A DNA stretch of 64,000 nucleotides from Auanema rhodensis (GCA_964057225.1 OZ059894.1:19220001-19284000); one strand, 5' to 3'. Counted from the stretch's first letter, positions 45,301 through 60,003 are shown. Notes: a model not told the origin generated them from the sequence alone. A program made the numbers and translations.

Positions 45301-48300
45301 CATTGCTTCCAAAAACATTTTGACAAAAATTTTTTCGAAAAATTTCAAAATAATTTAGCAAAAAGTAGATGTTTTTAGATTCCTTTTTTCAAGGCAAAGA
45401 CGATGGACAATGTTATTCAACGAAAAAATTAATTCTTCAGGGTGAAAATCGAGGATATAAGTGTGAACTTATATCAGTTGATATCTCGGTGCATTTTTAA
45501 GCTAGCGCAAATCTGATAACACAGATCGACGCAGCTTAAAAATCCGCATCGAATGCACTATACTACATTGAGAAACGCTTAATACAAAAATTAGTTATGA
45601 TCGTTTGAAAAATGATGCATTAGTGTATGTTGAGTTTCCATATACACTCAACATTGCTTCCAAAAACATTTTGACAAAAATTTTTTCGAAAAATTTCAAG
45701 ATAAATTAGCAAAAAGTAGATGTTTTTAGATTCCTTTTTTCAAGGCAAAGACGATGGACAATGTTATTCAACGAAAAAATTAATTTTTCAGGGTGAAAAT
45801 CGAGGATATAAGTGTGAACTTATATCAGTTGATATCTCGGTGCATTTTTAAGCTAGCGCAAATCTGATAACACAGATCGACGCAGCTTAAAAATCCGCAT
45901 CGAATGCACTATACTACATTGAGAAACGCTTAATACAAAAATTAGTTATGATCGTTTGAAAAATGATGCATTAGTGTATGTTGAGTTTCCATGTACACTC
46001 AACATTGCTTCCAAAAACATTTTGACAAAAATTTTTTCGAAAAATTTCAAGATAAATTAGCAAAAAGTAGATGTTTTTAGATTCCTTTTTTCAAGGCAAA
46101 GACGATGGACAATGTTAATCAACGAAAAAATTAATTCTTCAGGGTGAAAATCGAGGATATAAGTGTGAACTTATATCAGTTGATATCTCGGTGCATTTTT
46201 AAGCTAGCGCAAATCTGATAACACAGATCGACGCAGCTTAAAAATCCGCAACGAATGCACTATACTACATTGAGAAACGCTTAATACAAAAATTAGTTAT
46301 GATCGTTTGAAAAATGATGCATTAGTGTATGTTGAGTTTCCATGTACACTCAACATTGCTTCCAAAAACATTTTGACAAAAATTTTTTCGAGAAATTTCA
46401 AAATAATTTAGCAAAAAGTAGATGTTTTTCGATTGCTTTTTTCAAGGCAAAGACGATGGACAATGTTATTCAACGAAAAAATTAATTCTTGAGGGTGAAA
46501 ATCGAGGATATAAGTGTGAACTTATATCAGTTGATATCTCGGTGCATTTTTAAGCTAGCGCAAATCTGATAACACAGATCGACGCAGCTTAAAACTCCGC
46601 ATCGAATGCACTATACTACATTGAGAAACGCTTAATACAAAAATTAGTTATGATCGTTTGAAAAATGATGCATTAGTGTATGTTGAGTTTCCATGTACAC
46701 TCAACATTGCTTCCAAAAACATTTTGACAAAAATTTTTTCGAAAAATTTCAAAATAATTTAGCAAAAAGTAGATGTTTTTAGATTCCTTTTTTCAAGGCA
46801 AAGACGATGGACAATGTTATTCAACGAAAAAATTAATTCTTCAGGGTGAAAATCGAGGATATAAGTGTGAACTTATATCAGTTGATATCTCGGTGCATTT
46901 TTAAGCTAGCGCAAATCTGATAACACAGATCGACGCAGCTTAAAACTCCGCATCGAATGCACTATACTACATTGAGAAACGCTTAATACAAAAATTAGTT
47001 ATGATCGTTTGAAAAATGATGCATTAGTGTATGTTGAGTTTCCATGTACACTCAACATTGCTTCCAAAAACATTTTGACAAAAATTTTTTCGAAAAATTT
47101 CAAAATAATTTAGCAAAAAGTAGATGTTTTTAGATTCCTTTTTTCAAGGCAAAGACGATGGACAATGTTATTCAACGAAAAAATTAATTCTTCAGGGTGA
47201 AAATCGAGGATATAAGTGTGAACTTATATCAGTTGATATCTCGGTGCATTTTTAAGCTAGCGCAAATCTGATAACACAGATCGACGCAGCTTAAAAATCC
47301 GCATCGAATGCACTATACTACATTGAGAAACGCTTAATACAAAAATTAGTTATGATCGTTTGAAAAATGATGCATTAGTGTATGTTGAGTTTCCATATAC
47401 ACTCAACATTGCTTCCAAAAACATTTTGACAAAAATTTTTTCGAAAAATTTCAAAATAATTTAGCAAAAAGTAGATGTTTTTAGATTCCTTTTTTCAAGG
47501 CAAAGACGATGGACAATGTTATTCAACGAAAAAATTAATTCTTCAGGGTGGAAATCGAGGATATAAGTGTGAACTTATATCAGTTGATATCTCGGTGCAT
47601 TTTTAAGCTAGCGCAAATCTGATAACACAGATCGACGCAGCTTAAAACTCCGCATCGAATGCACTATACTACATTGAGAAACGCTTAATACAAAAATTAG
47701 TTATGATCGTTTGAAAAATGATGCATTAGTGTATGTTGAGTTTCCATGTACACTCAACATTGCTTCCAAAAACATTTTGACAAAAATTTTTTCGAAAAAT
47801 TTCAAAATAATTTAGCAAAAAGTAGATGTTTTTAGATTGCTTTTTTCAAGGCAAAGACGATGGACAATGTTATTCAACGAAAAAAGTAATTCTTGAGGGT
47901 GAAAATCGAGGATATAAGTGTGAACTTATATCAGTTGATATCTCGGTGCATTTTTAAGCTAGCGCAAATCTGATAACACAGATCGACGCAGCTTAAAAAT
48001 CCGCATCGAATGCACTATACTACATTGAGAAACGCTTAATACAAAAATTAGTTATGATCGTTTGAAAAATGATGCATTAGTGTATGTTGAGTTTCCATAT
48101 ACACTCAACATTGCTTCCAAAAACATTTTGACAAAAATTTTTTCGAAAAATTTCAAAATAATTTAGCAAAAAGTAGATGTTTTTAGATTCCTTTTTTCAA
48201 GGCAAAGACGATGGACAATGTTATTCAACGAAAAAATTAATTCTTCAGGGTGAAAATCGAGGATATAAGTGTGAACTTATATCAGTTGATATCTCGGTGC

Positions 48301-51300
48301 ATTTTTAAGCTAGCGCAAATCTGATAACACAGATCGACGCATCTTAAAACTCCGCATCGAATGCACTATACTACATTGAGAAACGCTTAATACAAAAATT
48401 AGTTATGATCGTTTGAAAAATTATGCATTAGTGTATGTTGAGTTTCCATGTACACTCAACATTGCTTCCAAAAACATTTTGACAAAAATTTTTTCGAAAA
48501 ATTTCAAAATAATTTAGCAAAAAGTAGATGTTTTTAGATTGCTTTTTTCAAGGCAAAGACGATGGACAATGTTATTCAACGAAAAAAGTAATTCTTGAGG
48601 GTGAAAATCGAGGATATAAGTGTGAACTTATATCAGTTGATATCTCGGTGCATTTTTAAGCTAGCGCAAATCTGATAACACAGATCGACGCAGCTTAAAA
48701 ATCCGCATCGAATGCACTATACTACATTGAGAAACGTTTAATACAAAAATTAGTTATGATCGTTTGAAAAATGATGCATTAGTGTATGTTGAGTTTCCAT
48801 ATACACTCAACATTGCTTCCAAAAACATTTTGACAAAAATTTTTTCGAAAAATTTCAAAATAATTTAGCAAAAAGTAGATGTTTTTAGATTCCTTTTTTC
48901 AAGGCAAAGACGATGGACAATGTTATTCAACGAAAAAATTAATTCTTCAGGGTGAAAATCGAGGATATAAGTGTGAACTTATATCAGTTGATATCTCGGT
49001 GCATTTTTAAGCTAGCGCAAATCTGATAACACAGATCGACGCAGCTTAAAAATCCGCATCGAATGCACTATACTACATTGAGAAACGCTTAATACAAAAA
49101 TTAGTTATGATCGTTTGAAAAATGATGCATTAGTGTATGTTGAGTTTCCATGTACACTCAACATTGCTTCCAAAAACATTTTGACAAAAATTTTTTCGAA
49201 AAATTTCAAGATAAATTAGCAAAAAGTAGATGTTTTTAGATTCCTTTTCTCAAGGCAAAGACGATGGACAATGTTATTCAACGAAAAAATTAATTTTTCA
49301 GGGTGAAAATCGAGGATATACGTGTGAACTTATATCAGTTGATATCTCGGTGCATTTTTAAGCTAGCGCAAATCTGATAACACAGATCGACGCAGCTTAA
49401 AAATCCGCATCGAATGCACTATACTACATTGAGAAACGCTTAATACAAAAATTAGTTATGATCGTTTGAAAAATGATGCATTAGTGTATGTTGAGTTTCC
49501 ATGTACACTCAACATTGCTTCCAAAAACATTTTGACAAAAATTTTTTCGAAAAATTTCAAGATAAATTAGCAGAAAGTAGATGTTTTTAGATTCCTTTTT
49601 TCAAGGCAAAGACGATGGACAATGTTATTCAACGAAAAAATTAATTTTTCAGGGTGAAAATCTAGGATATAAGTGTGAACTTATATCAGTTGATATCTCG
49701 GTGCATTTTTAAGCTAGCGCAAATCTGATAACACAGATCGACGCAGCTTAAAAATCCGCATCGAATGCACTATACTACATTGAGAAACGCTCAATACAAA
49801 AATTAGTTATGATCGTTTGAAAAATGATCCATTAGTGTATGTTGAGTTTCCATGTACACTCAACATTGCTTCCAAAAACATTTTGACAAAAATTTTTTCG
49901 AAAAATTTCAAGATAAATTAGCAAAAAGTAGATGTTTTTAGATTCCTTTTCTCAAGGCAAAGACGATGGACAATGTTATTCAACGAAAAAATTAATTTTT
50001 CAGGGTGAAAATCGAGGATATACGTGTGAACTTATATCAGTTGATATCTCGGTGCATTTTTAAGCTAGCGCAAATCTGATAACACAGATCGACGCAGCTT
50101 AAAAATCCGCATCGAATGCACTATACTACATTGAGAAACGCTCAATACAAAAATTAGTTATGATCGTTTGAAAAATGATCCATTAGTGTATGTTGAGTTT
50201 CCATGTACACTCAACATTGCTTCCAAAAACATTTTGACAAAAATTTTTTCGAAAAATTTCAAAATAATTTAGCAAAAAGTAGATGTTTTTAGATTGCTTT
50301 TTTCAAGGCAAAGACGATGGACAATGTTATTCAACGAAAAAATTAATTCTTGAGGGTGAAAATCGAGGATATAAGTGTGAACTTATATCAGTTGATATCT
50401 CGGTGCATTTTTAAGCTAGCGCAAATCTGATAACACAGATCGACGCAGCTTAAAAATCCGCATCGAATGCACTATACTACATTGAGAAACGCTTAATACA
50501 AAAATTAGTTATGATCGTTTGAAAAATGATGCATTAGTGTATGTTGAGTTTCCATATACACTCAACATTGCTTCCAAAAACATTTTGACAAAAATTTTTT
50601 CGAAAAATTTCAAAATAATTTAGCAAAAAGTAGATGTTTTTAGATTCCTTTTTTCAAGGCAAAGACGATGGACAATGTTATTCAACGAAAAAATTAATTC
50701 TTCAGGGTGAAAATCAAGGATATAAGTGTGAACTTATATCAGTTGATATCTCGGTGCATTTTTAAGCTAGCGCAAATCTGATAACACAGATCGACGCAGC
50801 TTAAAAATCCGCATCGAATGCACTATACTACATTGAGAAACGCTTAATACAAAAATTAGTTATGATCGTTTGAAAAATGATGCATTAGTGTATGTTGAGT
50901 TTCCATGTACACTCAACATTGCTTCCAAAAACATTTTGACAAAAATTTTTTCGAAAAATTTCAAGATAAATTAGCAAAAAGTAGATGTTTTTAGATTCCT
51001 TTTTTCAAGGCAAAGACGATGGACAATGTTATTCAACGAAAAAATTAATTCTTCAGGGTGAAAATCGAGGATATAAGTGTGAACTTATATCAGTTGATAT
51101 CTCGGTGCATTTTTAAGCTAGCGCAAATCTGATAACACAGATCGACGCAGCTTAAAAATCCGCATCGAATGCACTATACTACATTGAGAAACGCTCAATA
51201 CAAAAATTAGTTATGATCGTTTGAAAAATGATCCATTAGTGTATGTTGAGTTTCCATGTACACTCAACATTGCTTCCAAAAACATTTTGACAAAAATTTT

Positions 51301-54199
51301 TTCGAAAAATTTCAAAATAATTTAGCAAAAAGTAGATGTTTTTAGATTGCTTTTTTCAAGGCAAAGACGATGGACAATGTTATTCAACGAAAAAATTAAT
51401 TCTTGAGGGTGAAAATCGAGGATATAAGTGTGAACTTATATCAGTTGATATCTCGGTGCATTTTTAAGCTAGCGCAAATCTGATAACACAGATCGACGCA
51501 ACTTAAAAATCCGCATCGAATGCACTATACTACATTGAGAAACGCTTAATACAAAAATTAGTTATGATCGTTTGAAAAATGATGCATTAGTGTATGTTGA
51601 GTTTCCATATACACTCAACATTGCTTCCAAAAACATTTTGACAAAAATTTTTTCGAAAAATTTCAAAATAATTTAGCAAAAAGTAGATGTTTTTAGATTC
51701 CTTTTTTCAAGGCAAAGACGATGGACAATGTTATTCAACGAAAAAATTAATTCTTCAGGGTGAAAATCGAGGATATAAGTGTGAACTTATATCAGTTGAT
51801 ATCTCGGTGCATTTTTAAGCTAGCGCAAATCTGATAACACAGATCGACGCAGCTTAAAAATCCGCATCGAATGCACTATACTACATTGAGAAACGCTCAA
51901 TACAAAAATTAGTTATGATCGTTTGAAAAATGATCCATTAGTGTATGTTGAGTTTCCATGTACACTCAACATTGCTTCCAAAAACATTTTGACAAAAATT
52001 TTTTCGAAAAATTTCAAAATAATTTAGCAAAAAGTAGATGTTTTTAGATTGCTTTTTTCAAGGCAAAGACGATGGACAATGTTATTCAACGAAAAAATTA
52101 ATTCTTGAGGGTGAAAATCGAGGATATAAGTGTGAACTTATATCAGTTGATATCTCGGTGCATTTTTAAGCTAGCGCAAATCTGATAACACAGATCGACG
52201 CAACTTAAAAATCCGCATCGAATGCACTATACTACATTGAGAAACGCTTAATACAAAAATTAGTTATGATCGTTTGAAAAATGATGCATTAGTGTATGTT
52301 GAGTTTCCATGTACACTCAACATTGCTTCCAAAAACATTTTGACAAAACTTTTTTCGAAAAATTTCAAAATAAATTAGCAAAAAGTAGATGTTTTTAGAA
52401 TCCATTTTTCAAGGCAAAGACGATGGACAATGTTATTCAACGAAAAAATTAATTCTTCAGGGTGAAAATCGAGGATATAAGTGTGAACTTATATCAGTTG
52501 ATATCTCGGTGCATTTTTAAGCTAGCGCAAATCTGATAACACAGATCGACGCAGCTTAAAAATCCGCATCGAATGCACTATACTACATTGAGAAACGCTT
52601 AATACAAAAATTAGTTATGATCGTTTGAAAAATGATGCATTAGTGTATGTTGAGTTTCCATGTACACTCAACATTGCTTCCAAAAACATTTTGACAAAAC
52701 TTTTTTCGAAAAATTTCAAAATAAATTAGCAAAAAGTAGATGTTTTTAGAATCCATTTTTCAAGGCAAAGACGATGGACAATGTTATTCAACGAAAAAAT
52801 TAATTCTTCAGGGTGAAAATCAAGGATATAAGTGTGAACTTATATCAGTTGATATCTCGGTGCATTTTTAAGCTAGCGCAAATCTGATAACACAGATCGA
52901 CGCAGCTTAAAAATCCGCATCGAATGCACTATACTACATTGAGAAACGCTTAATACAAAAATTAGTTATGATCGTTTGAAAAATGATGCATTAGTGTATG
53001 TTGAGTTTCCATGTACACTCAACATTGCTTCCAAAAACATTTTGACAAAAATTTTTTCGAAAAATTTCAAGATAAATTAGCAAAAAGTAGATGTTTTTAG
53101 ATTCCTTTTTTCAAGGCAAAGACGATGGACAATGTTATTCAACGAAAAAATTAATTTTTCAGGGTGAAAATCGAGGATATAAGTGTGAACTTATATCAGT
53201 TGATATCTCGGTGCATTTTTAAGCTAGCGCAAATCTGATAACACAGATCGACGCAGCTTAAAAATCCGCATCGAATGCACTATACTACATTGAGAAACGC
53301 TCAATACAAAAATTAGTTATGATCGTTTGAAAAATGATCCATTAGTGTATGTTGAGTTTCCATGTACACTCAACATTGCTTCCAAAAACATTTTGACAAA
53401 AATTTTTTCGAAAAATTTCAAAATAATTTAGCAAAAAGTAGATGTTTTTAGATTGCTTTTTTCAAGGCAAAGACGATGGACAATGTTATTCAACGAAAAA
53501 ATTAATTCTTGAGGGTGAAAATCGAGGATATAAGTGTGAACTTATATCAGTTGATATCTCGGTGCATTTTTAAGCTAGCGCAAATCTGATAACACAGATC
53601 GACGCAACTTAAAAATCCGCATCGAATGCACTATACTACATTGAGAAACGCTTAATACAAAAATTAGTTATTATCGTTTGAAAAATGATGCATTAGTGTA
53701 TGTTGAGTTTCCATATACACTCAACATTGCTTCCAAAAACATTTTGACAAAAATTTTTTCGAAAAATTTCAAAATAATTTAGCAAAAAGTAGATGTTTTT
53801 AGATTCCTTTTTTCAAGGCAAAGACGATGGACAATGTTATTCAACGAAAAAATTAATTCTTCAGGGTGAAAATCGAGGATATAAGTGTGAACTTATATCA
53901 GTTGATATCTCGGTGCATTTTTAAGCTAGCGCAAATCTGATAACACAGATCGACGCAGCTTAAAAATCCGCATCGAATGCACTATACTACATTGAGAAAC
54001 GCTCAATACAAAAATTAGTTATGATCGTTTGAAAAATGATCCATTAGTGTATGTTGAGTTTCCATGTACACTCAACATTGCTTCCAAAAACATTTTGACA
54101 AAAATTTTTTCGAAAAATTTCAAAATAATTTAGCAAAAAGTAGATGTTTTTAGAATTCATTTTTCAAGGCAAAGATGATGGACAATGTTATTCAACGAA

Positions 54200-57100
54200 A
54201 AAATTAATTCTTCAGGGTGAAAATCAAGGATATAAGTGTGAACTTATATCAGTTGATATCTCGGTGCATTTTTAAGCTAGCGCAAATCTGATAACACAGA
54301 TCGACGCAGCTTAAAAATCCGCATCGAATGCACTATACTACATTGAGAAACGCTTAATACAAAAATTAGTTATGATCGTTTGAAAAATGATGCATTAGTG
54401 TATGTTGAGTTTCCATGTACACTCAACATTGCTTCCAAAAACATTTTGACAAAAATTTTTTCAAAAAATTTCAAGATAAATTAGCAAAAAGTAGATGTTT
54501 TTAGATTCCTTTTTTCAAGGCAAAGACGATGGACAATGTTATTCAACGAAAAAATTAATTTTTCAGGGTGAAAATCGAGGATATACGTGTGAACTTATAT
54601 CAGTTGATATCTCGGTGCATTTTTAAGCTAGCGCAAATCTGATAACACAGATCGACGCAGCTTAAAAATCCGCATCGAATGCACTATACTACATTGAGAA
54701 ACGCTTAATACAAAAATTAGTTATGATCGTTTGAAAAATGATGCATTAGTGTATGTTGAGTTTCCATGTACACTCAACATTGCTTCCAAAAACATTTTGA
54801 CAAAAATTTTTTCGAAAAATTTCAAGATAAATTAGCAAAAAGTAGATGTTTTTAGATTCCTTTTTTCAAGGCAAAGACGATGGACAATGTTATTCAACGA
54901 AAAAATTAATTTTTCAGGGTGAAAATCGAGGATATAAGTGTGAACTTATATCAGTTGATATCTCGGTGCATTTTTAAGCTAGCGCAAATCTGATAACACA
55001 GATCGACGCAGCTTAAAAATCCGCATCGAATGCACTATACTACATTGAGAAACGCTCAATACAAAAATTAGTTATGATCGTTTGAAAAATGATCCATTAG
55101 TGTATGTTGAGTTTCCATGTACACTCAACATTGCTTCCAAAAACATTTTGACAAAAATTTTTTCGAAAAATTTCGAAATAATTTAGCAAAAAGTAGATGT
55201 TTTTAGATTGCTTTTTTCAAGGCAAAGACGATGGACAATGTTATTCAACGAAAAAATTAATTCTTGAGGGTGAAAATCGAGGATATAAGTGTGAACTTAT
55301 ATCAGTTGATATCTCGGTGCATTTTTAAGCTAGCGCAAATCTGATAACACAGATCGACGCAACTTAAAAATCCGCATCGAATGCACTATACTACATTGAG
55401 AAACGCTTAATACAAAAATTAGTTATGATCGTTTGAAAAATGATGCATTAGTGTATGTTGAGTTTCCATGTACACTCAACATTGCTTCCAAAAACATTTT
55501 GACAAAAATTTTTTCGAAAAATTTCAAAATAATTTAGCAAAAAGTAGATGTTTTTAGATTTCTTTTTTCAAGGCAAAGACGATGGACAATGTTATTCAAC
55601 GAAAAAATTAATTCTTCAGGGTGAAAATCGAGGATATAAGTGTGAACTTATATCAGTTGATATCTCGGTGCATTTTTAAGCTAGCGCAAATCTGATAACA
55701 CAGATCGACGCAGCTTAAAAATCCGCATCGAATGCACTATACTACATTGAGAAACGCTTAATACAAAAATTAGTTATGATCGTTTGAAAAATGATGCATT
55801 AGTGTATGTTGAGTTTCCATGTACACTCAACATTGCTTCCAAAAACATTTTGACAAAAATTTTTTCGAAAAATTTCAAAATAATTTAGCAAAAAGTAGAT
55901 GTTTTTAGATTCCTTTTTTCAAGGCAAAGACGATGGACAATGTTATTCAACGAAAAAATTAATTCTTCAGGGTGAAAATCGAGGATATAAGTGTGAACTT
56001 ATATCAGTTGATATCTCGGTGCATTTTTAAGCTAGCGCAAATCTGATAACACAGATCGACGCAGCTTAAAAATCCGCATCGAATGCACTATACTACATTG
56101 AGAAACGCTTAATACAAAAATTAGTTATGATCGTTTGAAAAATGATGCATTAGTGTATGTTGAGTTTCCATGTACACTCAACATTGCTTCCAAAAACATT
56201 TTGACAAAAATTTTTTCGAAAAATTTCAAAATAATTTAGCAAAAAGTAGATGTTTTTAGATTTCTTTTTTCAAGGCAAAGACGATGGACAATGTTATTCA
56301 ACGAAAAAATTAATTCTTCAGGGTGAAAATCGAGGATATAAGTGTGAACTTATATCAGTTGATATCTCGGTGCATTTTTAAGCTAGCGCAAATCTGATAA
56401 CACAGATCGACGCAACTTAAAAATCCGCATCGAATGCACTATACTACATTGAGAAACGCTTAATACAAAAAATAGTTATGATCGTTTGAAAAATGATGCA
56501 TTAGTGTATGTTGAGTTTCCATGTACACTCAACATTGCTTCCAAAAACATTTTGACAAAACTTTTTTCGAAAAATTTCAAAATAATTTAGCAAAAAGTAG
56601 ATGTTTTTAGATTCCTTTTTTCAAGGCAAAGACGATGGACAATGTTATTCAACGAAAAAATTAATTCTTCAGGGTGAAAATCGAGGATATAAGTGTGAAC
56701 TTATATCAGTTGATATCTCGGTGCATTTTTAAGCTAGCGCAAATCTGATAACACAGATCGACGCAGCTTAAAAATCCGCATCGAATGCACTATACTACAT
56801 TGAGAAACGCTTAATACAAAAATTAGTTATGATCGTTTGAAAAATGATGCATTAGTGTATGTTGAGTTTCCATGTACACTCAACATTGCTTCCAAAAACA
56901 TTTTGACAAAAATTTTTTCGAAAAATTTCAAAATAATTTAGCAAAAAGTAGATGTTTTTAGATTCCTTTTTTCAAGGCAAAGACGATGGACAATGTTATT
57001 CAACGAAAAAATTAATTCTTCAGGGTGAAAATCGAGGATATAAGTGTGAACTTATATCAGTTGATATCTCGGTGCATTTTTAAGCTAGCGCAAATCTGAT

Positions 57101-60003
57101 AACACAGATCGACGCAACTTAAAAATCCGCATCGAATGCACTATACTACATTGAGAAACGCTTAATACAAAAAATAGTTATGATCGTTTGAAAAATGATG
57201 CATTAGTGTATGTTGAGTTTCCATGTACACTCAACATTGCTTCCAAAAACATTTTGACAAAAATTTTTTCGAAAAATTTCAAGATAAATTAGCAAAAAGT
57301 AGATGTTTTTAGATTCCTTTTTTCAAGGCAAAGACGATGGACATGTTATTCAACGAAAAAATTAATTTTTCAGGGTGAAAATCGAGGATATAAGTGTGAA
57401 CTTATATCAGTTGATATCTCGGTGCATTTTTAAGCTAGCGCAAATCTGATAACACAGATCGACGCAGCTTAAAAATCCGCATCGAATGCACTATACTACA
57501 TTGAGAAACGCTCAATACAAAAATTAGTTATGATCGTTTGAAAAATGATCCATTAGTGTATGTTGAGTTTCCATGTACACTCAACATTGCTTCCAAAAAC
57601 ATTTTGACAAAAATTTTTTCGAAAAATTTCAAAATAATTTAGCAAAAAGTAGATGTTTTTAGATTGCTTTTTTCAAGGCAAAGACGATGGACAATGTTAT
57701 TCAACGAAAAAATTAATTCTTGAGGGTGAAAATCGAGGATATAAGTGTGAACTTATATCAGTTGATATCTCGGTGCATTTTTAAGCTAGCGCAAATCTGA
57801 TAACACAGATCGACGCAACTTAAAAATCCGCATCGAATGCACTATACTACATTGAGAAACGCTTAATACAAAAATTAGTTATGATCGTTTGAAAAATGAT
57901 GCATTAGTGTATGTTGAGTTTCCATGTACACTCAACATTGCTTCCAAAAACATTTTGACAAAAATTTTTTCGAAAAATTTCAAAATAATTTAGCAAAAAG
58001 TAGATGTTTTTAGATTTCTTTTTTCAAGGCAAAGACGATGGACAATGTTATTCAACGAAAAAATTAATTCTTCAGGGTGAAAATCGAGGATATAAGTGTG
58101 AACTTATATCAGTTGATATCTCGGTGCATTTTTAAGCTAGCGCAAATCTGATAACACAGATCGACGCAGCTTAAAAATCCGCATCGAATGCACTATACTA
58201 CATTGAGAAACGCTTAATACAAAAATTAGTTATGATCGTTTGAAAAATGATGCATTAGTGTATGTTGAGTTTCCATGTACACTCAACATTGCTTCCAAAA
58301 ACATTTTGACAAAACTTTTTTCGAAAAATTTCAAAATAAATTAGCAAAAAGTAGATGTTTTTAGAATCCATTTTTCAAGGCAAAGACGATGGACAATGTT
58401 ATTCAACGAAAAAATTAATTCTTCAGGGTGAAAATCAAGGATATAAGTGTGAACTTATATCAGTTGATATCTCGGTGCATTTTTAAGCTAGCGCAAATCT
58501 GATAACACAGATCGACGCAGCTTAAAAATCCGCATCGAATGCACTATACTACATTGAGAAACGCTTAATACAAAAATTAGTTATGATCGTTTGAAAAATG
58601 ATGCATTAGTGTATGTTGAGTTTCCATGTACACTCAACATTGCTTCCAAAAACATTTTGACAAAAATTTTTTCAAAAAATTTCAAGATAAATTAGCAAAA
58701 AGTAGATGTTTTTAGATTCCTTTTTTCAAGGCAAAGACGATGGACAATGTTATTCAACGAAAAAATTAATTTTTCAGGGTGAAAATCGAGGATATACGTG
58801 TGAACTTATATCAGTTGATATCTCGGTGCATTTTTAAGCTAGCGCAAATCTGATAACACAGATCGACGCAGCTTAAAAATCCGCATCGAATGCACTATAC
58901 TACATTGAGAAACGCTTAATACAAAAATTAGTTATGATCGTTTGAAAAATGATGCATTAGTGTATGTTGAGTTTCCATGTACACTCAACATTGCTTCCAA
59001 AAACATTTTGACAAAAATTTTTTCGAAAAATTTCAAGATAAATTAGCAAAAAGTAGATGTTTTTAGATTCCTTTTTTCAAGGCAAAGACGATGGACAATG
59101 TTATTCAACGAAAAAATTAATTTTTCAGGGTGAAAATCGAGGATATAAGTGTGAACTTATATCAGTTGATATCTCGGTGCATTTTTAAGCTAGCGCAAAT
59201 CTGATAACACAGATCGACGCAGCTTAAAAATCCGCATCGAATGCACTATACTACATTGAGAAACGCTCAATACAAAAATTAGTTATGATCGTTTGAAAAA
59301 TGATCCATTAGTGTATGTTGAGTTTCCATGTACACTCAACATTGCTTCCAAAAACATTTTGACAAAAATTTTTTCGAAAAATTTCGAAATAATTTAGCAA
59401 AAAGTAGATGTTTTTAGATTGCTTTTTTCAAGGCAAAGACGATGGACAATGTTATTCAACGAAAAAATTAATTCTTGAGGGTGAAAATCGAGGATATAAG
59501 TGTGAACTTATATCAGTTGATATCTCGGTGCATTTTTAAGCTAGCGCAAATCTGATAACACAGATCGACGCAACTTAAAAATCCGCATCGAATGCACTAT
59601 ACTACATTGAGAAACGCTTAATACAAAAATTAGTTATGATCGTTTGAAAAATGATGCATTAGTGTATGTTGAGTTTCCATGTACACTCAACATTGCTTCC
59701 AAAAACATTTTGACAAAAATTTTTTCGAAAAATTTCAAAATAATTTAGCAAAAAGTAGATGTTTTTAGATTTCTTTTTTCAAGGCAAAGACGATGGACAA
59801 TGTTATTCAACGAAAAAATTAATTCTTCAGGGTGAAAATCGAGGATATAAGTGTGAACTTATATCAGTTGATATCTCGGTGCATTTTTAAGCTAGCGCAA
59901 ATCTGATAACACAGATCGACGCAGCTTAAAAATCCGCATCGAATGCACTATACTACATTGAGAAACGCTTAATACAAAAATTAGTTATGATCGTTTGAAA
60001 AAT
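54200..60003. repeat. Dispersed block duplication: ~54200-55792 repeated at ~58411-60003 (offset 4211 = 12x351-1)
   Basis: Rare variants share order and offset: aatcaagg 54226/58437, tcaaaaaatt 54463/58674, tatacgtg 54586/58797, tttcgaaata 55175/59386, gcaactt 55361/59572, gatttct 55561/59772. Confidence 0.85.

Larger units (their letters stand above)
1..60003. repeat. Tandem satellite DNA array, 351-bp AT-rich monomer, about 171 copies, running off the left edge
   Basis: The same motif recurs every 351 bp (e.g. tcgaaaaatttc at 1, 352, 703, 1054). Copies differ at only a few recurrent sites. Period is broken only by rare 1-bp indels (near 14480, 16240, 17290, 18695, 19750, 22560, 23610, 57343) and one 56-bp duplication. 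The last satellite bases are gatcgtttgaaaaat, ending at 60003. Confidence 0.99.

Noticed and set aside
1-60003. CRISPR array or integron-like cassette array
   Set aside because: There are no unique spacers or cassettes. Whole 351-bp units are near-identical, no cas genes are present, and the YR belongs to the DIRS element.
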